Of a stretch of 64,000 nt of DNA, positions 1 through 12,400 are shown one piece after another; the first letter of the stretch is position 1, and every line of letters starts with the position of its first letter. The notes beneath the pieces are model-generated. The model was not told where the DNA came from, did not search any database, and saw nothing but the letters and a program-made list of their open reading frames with translations. Source of the stretch: Lama guanicoe (lineage: Eukaryota); contig MU053513.1 of assembly GCA_013239625.1 (NCBI GenBank), forward strand, positions 1,662,927 through 1,726,926. The letters are read 5' to 3'. The position numbers and the translations under genes are program-made.

Positions 1-305
1 TAGTTTATGTTTGCATTGCTTATTAAAGCAATTTCTGTGAAGCAGGTATTTTGATGTTATCATTCATTTTAAGGTTAGGTACAGACATTAAGTTATATCT
101 TAAAACTAAAATATATTTTAAGAGAAGCATGAAATGATTTATATAAATTGATCTAAACTGTGGAATAAATGGAAACTCCTTATAGAATATTGGCAAATGG
201 GATACTGGTCAAAACTTTCTTCTTAATGGCCATAAGATGACCGGGTTTCCTTTGAATAGCTCCTCTTGTTGAATCGTCAGAGAAATTACTGTGTTTTGCT
301 TTTAG

Positions 306-466
306 GAGGTGAAACCATAAAAAGCATAAGCCAACAGTCGGGTGCAAGAATAGAACTTCAGAGAAATCCTCCACCTAATGCAGATCCTAATATGAAGTTA
401 TTTACAATCCGTGGCACTCCTCAGCAAATAGACTATGCTCGGCAACTCATAGAAGAAAAGATTGGT
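306..466 (+). CDS. FUBP1: FUBP1 exon encoding most of KH4
   Basis: tttag|GA acceptor, GGT|gtgagt donor; [18 protein letters not shown]...EEKIG. Confidence 0.96.
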
Positions 467-3400
467 GTGAGTATGCTTTAAGCTTTCAATTGATAGTACA
501 GACCCTGTAAGTTAAATACAATGTGAATTCAGATGCTCCTATAAGTGCTATACAGAAAAATGTCGATTTCTACTCTAAAATTACAGATTTCTTCACATAA
601 CAGATGCATGCAACATAGAAAAGATTGTCCAGCTATAAAAATAACCCAGTTACATACACAGGTACAGGTGTTCTAAACCTTTTTTATTTGGGTTTGGTAA
701 GTAAGGGAGGGTAACATTACTTGAAGTTCAGACAGTAGGGTTGGTAGTGGGTTGTGGAGTGTACTTGAAGGAGATAGTTAACAGGAATTTAGTATTTATT
801 AAGGGCTTACTTGCTTAACCCTGGTGAGTGAGGCAAAGGTGAATCAGATATATCCCTCCCACATTAAAAATAGAAATTTACAAATCCTAATTCTTAGACT
901 GACTGAGAGTCATCTGGGGAGTTTTAAAATGCAGACTACTTGGGTGCTTTCCACCTCTACAAATAACCGTTCCAATTCAGAATGTCTGCATTAGGCCCAG
1001 CGTCTAATTCTAGAAGGATGTTCCAGGTGATTCTGATGCATGACCAAATTTGGAATTTTTTCCTCCAGAAGAAGTTTGCTGGTGGTAGTACCAAAAAAGT
1101 ATGAAGAGTATTGACTGTGCTTTCTTGTGAATGAAGCAAATTGTGCTTTACTGTTTTCTCTTACTGTGAAGAATTAACATGTGTGTGAGGGAGCATCTTA
1201 AATTATTAATAATAATTAGAATTTCTTAGGAAAGTTCTCCTTGATGTTTGCCATGCTGTGAATGGAGTGTTTCTTTCTGCTTGGGAACACAAAAAATAAA
1301 TGTACAAAAGACACTTAAGAATATCTTATAAAAAGATACACAAGCATTCTAAGTTCTGTGGTATGGAAAGTAAGTGGAATTGTTCAAAAAAAATTAAGAA
1401 AATAATTCGTTGGACTCAGTAATGGCAGGAATTGATGCCAGAAAAATGGATGATGCATCTTGGTTTTGTATTTTACTGTTAGCATGCATGGATCAGGATT
1501 GCTTCTGGATTAATGGACAAACAAGACAGAAGGTTCTAGAGAAACATTTATAGTGGTTAAGATCAGGAACTCTGGAGTCAGGCCATTTGGGTTCAAAATA
1601 CTCTGAATCATTTACTGGCTGTGCGACCTTGGAAGAAGTTGTTTATACTCCTCTTTGCCTCTTGTTCCTCCTTGGTACTTTATATTATAGGGTTATAGGG
1701 ATTAAATGAATTATGTATGTGCCTGGCACAAAGCCCTGTTAAAAATGTTGCTTTTTTTATTTTTCCAGTAATTTTTTTTTGCTATTTGGGAAGGATAGGT
1801 TATGGATAATAGAAGTGAGGGATAATGACAGCAGTTAAAGGCTTAAAGAGACAGGTTAATAAAGGAACTTTAAGTCATGAAGTTTAGCTTTATTATTTTA
1901 TAGTGAGAAAATTGAACAAAAATACTTAATCTGTATTTGGTTGTCAGATTGTCACATGGTTAATATTAACTTCATGAAAGGAATGTTTTATTTTAAAATT
2001 AAATCTAGTGGTCTTTGCAAGTTGGATTATCAAAAAAGAATTCACTAAGCATTATTAATTATGATGTGGCATGAAATAGATTTGAAATACCCTGATTTGT
2101 TAAATCAGTTAAAAGAATCTTCATGGTACTTAGAAAATTATGATAAATGATAAGGGAGGAAATGAATTTAAATAAATTATTGATTCAAATGGAATTTGGT
2201 GACAGGCTGTGAAGAAGACTTTAGAGTGAGACCTTGTTACCTTATTGGTGAAGTGTTCAGTAGCCATTTCACAGCATCAGACCTAAGCAATTTGAAGACT
2301 GTATTGTCAAGATGGTTCTCTGATTAATGTTGGGAAGATAGATGTGGAGTAGATGCAGAAAGAGAAGAGCTAGAGATAAGGACTTGACATTTGATAAACT
2401 TTCGTGGTTTAGATGATAAAGGGATAGTAAAAGTAAGAATTATAAAAGGAAATAATGGAAAAAGGAATAGTCTGAAAAGAGTGGAAGGTAAAAGAAATGC
2501 TTCATTTCTTTGCTGATGGTATTGATTTTAATTTTACATGTCCCACTAATACGATAGAGTTAAGAGATTTTGCAACATGAGTGAGGAAATGAAGGAAAAT
2601 CATAAATTTTAGATTGCTTGTAGGTATGTAAAAGGGTAGAAATGAAAGATTATTTGGCCTTTGAAATGCTTACCCATTACTGTCTTTCTGATTTTTGTTT
2701 GTCTTTTTGCTTTTTTGCAGGGCCCAGTAAATCCTTTAGGGCCACCTGTACCCCATGGGCCCCATGGTGTCCCAGGCCCACATGGGCCTCCTGGGCCTCC
2801 TGGGCCTGGAACTCCAATGGGACCATATAACCCTGCACCTTATAATCCGGGACCACCTGGCCCTGCTCCTCAGTAAGTTTTTAGTTTGGTTTTAGGCTTC
2901 TCCTGAAAGATTCTAAATTTTGGTAAATTGTATTTTTAAATTGATTTCTATTTTCAGTGGTCCTCCAGCCCCTTATGCTCCCCAGGGGTGGGGAAATGCA
3001 TATCCACATTGGCAGCAACAGGCCCCTCCTGATCCAGGTAAAAGATGCTTATCATTTGCATATAATCTGTGTTTTTTTGTTTGTTTGTTTTTACCACTCC
3101 TGTTCTATGCATACGTTTTCTACTGTTGATTCTATATTGTGTGCATTTTCTGCACTTGTTTCACTCCTTCAGCAGGAGTGGGAGGTACTGATTCTACCAC
3201 AGTGTGTAAGACTGGTGTGAATATGGTCTGTTTCCTGAAACTTTTTCTATCTGCATTTGGCTTTTTCTACTTTTGAAGTGACATAGCAGAATGCCTAAAA
3301 AAGCGAAAAGCAATAGGAAGAAGTCCTAGGTTTTAGATGTTAGGGCCATCAAATGTATAATGTGTTAATTGTGAATTATCTATGAAAATATAGTTAATTA

Positions 3401-6400
3401 GTTAATGTACTTTTAAGAGTCTAATGAAGTGCTAATACGTGGGGATTAAACTCCCAAAATCTCAAATAAGGTATATAAATTGTCTTTTAATATTAGTAAA
3501 AAACAGAACTGTAATAAATACATGCATATTAGAACTCTAAAAATCCATTTAAATATTTTCTCTGTTCAGATCTGGATTATATGTTACATTTTCTTCTATT
3601 CGTGAATCTTTTCCCACCCTGTAGTTTTCTTTCCATCATGGTCAAAGGGGGCATTCACTGAAACCAAATAACTTTTACTTAATGACCCTTTTTTCTCACC
3701 TACTACCACGTTTTAGGCTTCTTTCACTGGAATAGTTTCAAGGAAGGTACTGAATTCCTTTTCACATTAGTATATTTATTTTTAAAAAAGACAGTTTGTT
3801 TAAATGTAATTGTTTTAGTTTTATTGAACATTCTGGCATTTAAGGGTGGCCCTATATTATAATGTACTTTAATTTCATAGGAAGTTTGCTCTTTGGAATA
3901 TGACACAACAGAACAGTTACCAAATAACCACAACTCCCAACACATTCAAGGAGCAAATTGTGTAAGAGTTAGTCTTTAAAAGAATGGAAGGTCTTTTCTT
4001 TCCCTCTTGTAAGCTAATTGGTATGGTGTGATTAAGTAGAAGAATCATGCCACTGAAGAGATTAGAATTTGAGAAAAATAAGGACAGATTTATATTGGGT
4101 AACTTGGATCTGCAGGATTGCACCTATGGGCTTTGTTTGGGTAGGTAGCATGACTGAGAAGAATGATGGGAATAAGTGGTCTCTGTATCACAGTCTTCTT
4201 TTCCCACTTGGCGTAGTGGTAAAGTCACCACTGTGAAGAATTGGCTAATGACTGTGGCTTTCAGCACTGTCTTTGAGAAAGAAGAAACCTATTTAGCTAA
4301 AAGATAACAGCTAGGGTTAGATATTGCTTATATTAGAATTAGCATTATGTAAAAATCAAAATAATTGACTTAAATGAAATTGTTGAGTGACTTTGTATTA
4401 ACGTGTTAATTGCCAGTGTCACTCAAATCTGGATGACAATTGTGTTTCCTCAGGGGACACCTGATCCACACTGGGCAGTCAACATGTTTAAACGTCCTGG
4501 TACTTAAATGAGGCCCCATATTGATAATAAAAGTCAGTATTCTCTGAGATAAGATCTGTTTCTGTTAAAAAAAAATAGTGGCTTGTTAGAGGGTTTATGT
4601 AGTAATCAAGAACTTAGACCTCAGAGTGAAACACCTGGTAAAGTCCTAGTCTTACAACTGACTAATTATGGGGTGGCAAGCAAGTTTTAAACCCATCTCA
4701 ATCTGCTTTCTTAAGTATAAAATGATCAGAGTTCTCTATGTATTGTATGTAGTTTTGAGACTGGTTTTCATATATAGTCTACACATTTACAAGTATCAAT
4801 TCCTAAAGTCTCTTTAATTTCAGTTTCTCTATTCAGACATGGTCTCAAATGAAATATTTATTTATTACTATACAGGTAATGATACTATTAAGATAAATAT
4901 ACAGCATAGAAAAGCTATACATTTATTACTTGAGAAAGATTTGGAGAGTGGTATCATGCCTTATAATTGTATCACCTTAGAAATTGTATTGCTCTAGAAA
5001 TCTTTATTTTTTCCTCAGACTTCACTAACACTTGCTTTATTAAGCAGCTGAGAATTGCTGCCTATTTGGGATGAAACCTAAACAGATTACATATAGATAA
5101 AAACTCTGACTTAGGAAATTACATTATTAAGGATATAAACTGAAAAAGATATATCTTTATTAGTATCCTGATACTCCCAGTATAAAAGACAGAATCAACA
5201 AGAGGAGTTCTGTTTCTGACTGAGAAGTCTCAAACTGTTAACCCAAACTGTTGGATGAGTGAGGGTCAGCCACATGCAGAGGAAGTATAACATGGTGAAA
5301 GACCCAAATATGAGCATGGGGACTTGAAAAGTGCAAGCAGTTTAATTTACTATGGCCAGAACTTGAGTATTTGAAAAATATCAACAGTAGGGAGATGAGC
5401 CTGAAAAGGAAAAGTATAAATGAGAGTGTCTAAATATCTTAAAGATACTGAATGATAAAATGCTGTACTTAAAAGTTTTTATGTCCTACTAAAGACTCCA
5501 GGAAATAATTGAAGAAGTTCAAGTAGAGCAATGACATCAAGTTTATCTTTTATAATAAACAGTGAAAGATGATGAGATGAAATATGACTAATCTCTGTTT
5601 CTTTTTCCAAGATTTTTAAGTTTTCTCTCCATTGAAAGCAAGACAGGACAGAGTTCATAATTGTAAAATAATTGTTCCTTTCTTGTACAGGTTAGTCCCT
5701 AGAAATCCTTTCCTTTAGTCATCTGCCACATGGAAATGTTTTACTTGAGTCAAAAATGGTTTGGAAAAAAACAAGGGCATATAATGATTTGAGACAAAGC
5801 ATTGGATTTGGAGCCAAAGATCTTTATTCCTGTCCCAACCCTGCCACTCACCAGTTTTCTAGGAACTAGGAAGGTCACTTAATCTCTGAGCCTCACTTTT
5901 CTATAATAAAAACTAATGATGACAATAAAAATGCTGGAAGAATTTAAAAGTTTACACTTACTATTTATTTTTTATGCCCAGTTAATATTGGAGTCTATAT
6001 ATTTGCTAGAGGGTGTGTGTGTGTGTGTGACTCGATGATGGACTAGGTGCAAATGTTGAATGTGTGTTTATTCTAGCTAAGACAGGAACGGATCCAAATT
6101 CAGCAGCCTGGGCTGCTTACTATGCTCACTATTACCAACAACAAGCACAGGCACCACCTGCGGCTCCTGCCGGTGCACCGACAACAACCCAAACCAATGG
6201 ACAAGGTAACTACGGTAACTAAAGCACTTATTTTGTATGTGCAAGTGAAAACTTGAGTTTGAACGTATAAGGTACATCAATGTATAGTGTCTCCCAAAGT
6301 TCTAGTATTACCCAGTTACAGCTTCTGTAAGCAGCCTTTGCTTTTTAAAACCAAGTTACTTTCAAATAACTGCAAACTTTAATGAAAGTTGTAAGATACA

Positions 6401-9400
6401 TTACCAGTAACACCCAGATAACCTAGCTGTTAATATTTTATCTCTGTTTGTTCCATTACCCTCTCATGTGTGTCCCTATCTATTATCATTAGTCTTTTTC
6501 AGAACAATTAACCAAACTGTAGACGTAATGCCCCATTACCCTTAAATACTCCTTTCTGTATTGCTCCAAAAATACATAACCATCACACAGCCTTCAAAAT
6601 CAGTTAACGTTAATACATCATTACTGTTGCAATGCACAGCCCTTAGATTTCATAACAGTTTCTCACCAGTCAGGAATAATTCCTTGGTCTTTTTCATGCT
6701 ATGAAGAGTACAGACTTCTGTGAGATGATGGTGCATCATCCTAGGTCCCTTCAGCGTTCTCTCATGAAGATAAAGCATGATCAGGGTTCCTGCTTACAAT
6801 ATGTCAAGAATACCTCGGAAAGGAATGCTGTGCTCTCAGTGCATTACAGGAGGGGTCATATAATGTTGGCCTGTTTTATTCCCTAGGCGGTACCATGGTC
6901 ACTCAGTCATGCTGGTGTCTGCCAGGTTTCTATACCGTAAGGTCACCTTTTTTCTCCTTGAAATTACTATTTCTGGAGAGACTGAGATCATACCGTTATC
7001 CTGTTCCTCATTGAAATTCTGCCCATCTGCCTTAGCCGTCATTGATACAGCCTGTCTGATTCCATCACAACTATGATAATTTCTACTTCCATCATTCATT
7101 CTACATTTATTAGTTGGTATTTTACTATATGGAAGAGGTTTCCTTTTCTTCCTGTTTATTGCTTTATGTCAGTGGGGATTGCTGTTTTATTCAGTAGGTT
7201 GTATTTTAAACTTAACTATGTTGTCCATAGATTTGGCCAGTCAGGAGTACCTTCATGATGGCTGCTGTATCCTTTGACAAGTCTGTCATTCTTAAAGCAC
7301 TTTCTTACTTTCACTCAATAAGACGCTTATTTTGTGCTTTCTGGGCTCCAGCCCTAGAATCAGCCATTTTTCTAAGGAGCTCTAATTCCTTTTAGTAGAT
7401 GATGATATTTAGAAACCAGAATATTGTTCATTACTACTGAGGTGTTACTGTTTCTCTCTCAGCATACAGAGCTAGGAAATGAGTTTACATATATGTATAC
7501 CTACATACACACGTGTAAAAAAAAACACGAGTATCTATATGTGTATATATTTTTTAAAGTATATTCATATCACTTGCAATTCTATTCCAAGACTTCAAGG
7601 TGCTTTCTAGCTTTTGCCATTTCCATGCTTATACATGATGAAAGACCTGGTATCCTCAGTGTGTTTTCATATTTGACCAGTGAATTTACTTAGATGTGCG
7701 ATGTAACTGCTCTTCTAAATACATAGACCTTCTCTGTCCACCAGCTCTGCCTCCAGCGTCCTGTGTCTTTGGCACCTGCACTTTGGATGCCACTATCACA
7801 CAACACCTCCCTCCTACCCTCCCTCCCCATGGCAGGCCACTCCAAACTGCTCCACACAAAAACATGGAAGGAATGGGTCAACTTGCTTTTTGAAAACCTT
7901 AATCTTATTTTTTTTTAATGCTTTTCTTTTGAATAAGGAGATCAGCAGAATCCAGCTCCAGCCGGACAGGTTGATTATACTAAGGCTTGGGAAGAGTACT
8001 ACAAGAAAATGGGTATGTTCTGTTCCTTTGTTTGTACATTTAATTAAATTGAAACATTTAGTAACTATTGCACTAAAAGGTTGAAGATTTTGATAAAAAC
8101 ATGTTTGTATCATGCTTTTATTTTATTGCTAAATGCATTTATCAACCACTTACTAATGAAGCTTAAAGTTTCCCCGCTGGCACATAGGATATTGAGTGTT
8201 ACCTCTACTTTTGTCAAAGATTGTTACATATGTTAGTAACCTAAATAGCATAGGTTAAATTATAGAGCACCAAGCAAAAATTAGTTGTGTGTGATACTCT
8301 TTTGCTGCAAAATAAGCGGGTAAGAAATAACCTACAGTGACAGAGAAAGTTAATTACTTAAATAACATTTGCATATATGAAAAAGGAAGAACAATCACCT
8401 AAAAGGGCTGTTTTCATTCAATAACTGTAGATTATATACTGCATGCCAAAGCATAGGAATAGATACTGAGAATGTGATTGTGGGCATAACACTAAGAGCC
8501 CTGTCCTTCTGCTCATTGTATTCTAATGGAGAATGCAGTTGTTAATCAAGCACTTTACAAATATATTACTGCAAACTGCTGTGAATGAAAAGAACTGTAC
8601 TGTGGTCCCCCCTTATCCATGGGGGATAGGTCCCAGGACCCCCCAGGTGGGTGCCTGAAACTGCGGGTAGTACTGAACCTTACATACCCTGTGCTGTTTC
8701 CTATTCTTACGTACCTATCACAAAGTTCAGTATTTAGGCATAGCAAGAAAGTAACAACAGTATTAATAAAGCAGAACAGTTATAACAATATAGGGTAATG
8801 AAAGTTACATGAATGTGATATGTAATGTCTCAAAATATGTTGGACAAATTTAATGCTTTTCCATCTTAACTAATCAGGCACTATGGCCATGACTTCTGTT
8901 TTGAGATGTTATAGCAAAACTAGCATGAAGTTCTTTCTCTTCTTTCACAACATCATAGATTTGTTCTTCCTGTAGATCTTAGCAACCTCAGCATACAATT
9001 TTTTTTCTTCTTAAGTCAGCAAATTTTTACCTTTTCACTTAAGGGAAAAGGCTTTTTCTTTGGTATATCCAAATTGCCAGCATCAGTACTCTTTCACTTT
9101 GGGGCCATTATTGAGTAAGATAATGAACACACAAATACTGCAGTACCACAACAGTGGATCTTTTAATCAAGTGGCCTGAGTGGCTACTGAGTGACTAATG
9201 GGTAGGATATGCTCTACAAAGGGACAGCATGAGATTTCATCATGGTACTCAGGGTAGCGTGCAATCTAAAACTTAATGAATTGTTTATTTCTGGAATTTT
9301 CCTTGTAATATTTTCAGACCACGGTTAACCATAGCTAACTGGAACTGCAGAAAAGAACAGTGGACAAAGGGTGGGTACTGTCTGTTCACTGACACTTACA

Positions 9401-12400
9401 TGTACAGATTGGAAAACAAGTCCTAACAACTACGAAGTCGTGGAACCAGACTTTGAATTCTTAGAAGTTCTAAGTCCCAAGACTGTCTCCTAAATTTGCA
9501 TCTTTCAGGGACCATTTTGAACCTGATGTTATACTTCCAGACAAATCAGTTATTTTTCAGATGCTTATTTTCTCTTAGTCATTTAAAATTAACACTTAAC
9601 ACCATAGCCACTTACCACAAACAAAAGCTAAACAGATAAACTTGCCCTTTGTTCACTGATACAAAAAGTACCTATAGATGATAGAGTTTTGTCATAAAAT
9701 ACAGTCTACTTGTGATTCTCAATGTAAATCTCACCATTTTCTTTGCCAAAGAATGTCGTTTTCCACAGAAAGAAAAATTTCCACAGTCATGATTATACTA
9801 ATCTTCTTTGTGTAAAAGATGTATACCTGGTGATAAGGATGTTTTACACAGCTGGTGATATTTAAAAAAAGAAAAATAATTTTTCCTGTTAGAATGACTA
9901 CAGGAAAGTCATGCTGCATGTTAACTTCTAAGGTTGTAAGAGATTCATTAATTTATGTTTTTGTGACCCAGTTTATCTTGGGCAGGTCTACAAAGGCTAA
10001 AATTCTACATAAAGAAACTTTTTAAAAACTTTAACCTCCAAACAGTGTACTCTAATTAGGATGATCACATAATTTATTGCCCAAATTGGGATACTTTTGA
10101 GAAAAACTTTGGGAATGCTATTAATAATCATTCCTTGACGACATAGTGGTCATAACCTTAGCTCTTATGGTGACGTAGCATCACCATTTTAAAGATTTGA
10201 GCATGTTGAGGTTAAAAATCAATAGATCCAGCTTGTATTTTCACAATAGGTAGTACGTTTTAGCTGTTCCCTACATTGTTACTAAAACTGGGTGAAAACA
10301 AAGGCCCTATTGGTAGACTTAGGTATTTAATAAGTATACTATTTAGCCTTTTTACATTTTACCTGCCCAGAATGAGTGGGTATGTTGAATATAATCTACA
10401 AGGTCTAACCATTCAGATTTTTACAGAGTAGACATTTCACCTTGTTTTTAGAGTTTTTCGTTTTCTTCCTTTTTCCTGCTGACTACTACTATGTAAAATT
10501 CTAATTTTAGTACTAATATGCTGGACTGTCTTTAATCCTTTGTGGAGAAAAGTGGTAAAGAAATAATTAGATAACACTATGTTTGACTGAAGATCTTCCT
10601 TAACCCCCCACCTTCTTTTCAGTTGTATGTTTTTCTGTAGGACTGCAATGATCAGCTGTTTTATGAGCAAAGTGAATTGGTTGATTCCCCCTTATATGTA
10701 AATCCTAAATGTTAGGTTGTCAGGTCTTTAAATGATACCTACAAGGTCCTTTTTTTTTTTTTCTGTAAGTTTTTTGTTGTTGTTGTTTTTAATGATTGGT
10801 TGCTTAACTATTGTGATTTTTTTTTTCTAGGTGAATTACTAGTCCTTAAGATCTTTTAAGGATAACTACAAATAAGAGACCTTAAAGGATAAAACTAATC
10901 AATTCAGTTTTTGAGCTTTTTAAATGGAAGGAAAGAAGGGGGGTAATAAAATATATTATAAGGGAAAGATGAAGATCTTTATCTCCAAGTCAGACTCCTT
11001 TATTTGGAGAGATTGAGTTTTGCTCTTCCAGGGGGCAGAGATTTCCTAGGACTCTGGATGCCTGATTTCCAATCCAGTGTCCTCTTCATCAAACTAGGAA
11101 GACTGTCTCAGCTTTTGAAGCCTAATTTCAGCTTTTTCTGTTAAGAACAGAAAATCCCCAATCACGCTATAAATTTGTTAGTTTGCTTTATTAGTAAATA
11201 AACCTGTATTGAATTAATTTTGTTTTCTGAAACAGTTCTAAATTGTCTATGATTAACACAAAGAGAGAACTTAGGGGGAGAGATTGTTAAAGATGAGATT
11301 CTAGAGGGTTAAAGAAGAAGTTTCATATTTTTGTCACATAAGGAATGGCAGCAATTTGGAAGTGGGTGTTTTTGAAGCTAGGATGAAGGGAACTTTTGTA
11401 ATAAATAAACACCCTAAAGAGAAATAGGGTTTCAAAATAAAGACAGGCAGTTTCTGTTTGGAAGAGAGTAAGTGAAGGCATTTTGGGTTAAGTTTGACTT
11501 GCGGGAGGCCCCTATAATGTTAGGCACTGATGTAGTGAACCCTGAACCCTTAGCATATGATACCTTAAGCTTAAAAGAGCCAAGAGAGTGGTTGTGGGAA
11601 AGATGCAGGTGTATGGAAAGACAGCTGAGGGTGAAATCTATTCAAGAGAAAGCTGTCTTTTGGGCTGAAGTAGAATGTTGCACATAAACTCTAGGGCAAG
11701 TCTTATCTCTTGAATGAGATGAAATTAAAGTAGGACTTAATTAGTCTTACTTAAAAGACTTAATACGTTGTAAAGCTACATGAAAGTATTAAGTAATATT
11801 CTACTAAAGTATAAACTGTCTCACATCAAAACAGTTTCTGAACTGAGAAGAATAAAGGGAGCAAGTTAAGGACATGCCTTTATAAAGGGCAAGAGGCTAG
11901 GGGAAGAGCCAACTCGTAAATAGATGAGATAGGAAGAGTTCTTCCCCTGCTTTCAGCTGGACGGAATGAGTCACATTTGCCCTTTAGATAAGAGAAATGG
12001 AGTGAGTTTTTCTTTGGATGCTTTCAAGATTGGAATGTCAAGTGTTGATAGGTTGATGACTTACTTAACTGAGTTTATTTTTCTTGGAGTCCGACATGTT
12101 TACTTGCAGCTTTCCACAGGGATGTTTGAGTTCAGGGGGCTGTTTTTGGAATGAGCATTTGAGTTTGACAAATTTTCTTGATGTGTCCCTTATGCTGTTA
12201 TTTTTGTCTCTAAAATATCAGTATCTCAACAATGAGAGTCTGTTTGTAAACCTGAAGTGGAAATTGTTGCTGCCTTAAGTTTGGCCTCAAGTCAATGAGT
12301 TTTCAAGTGTGCATTTTATAAGAAAACTGTGTGTGGTTTTATTACTATTGGTACCTGGATATTTGGCAGTTGTCTAAATCTGAAACTGGTTTCAGATTTA

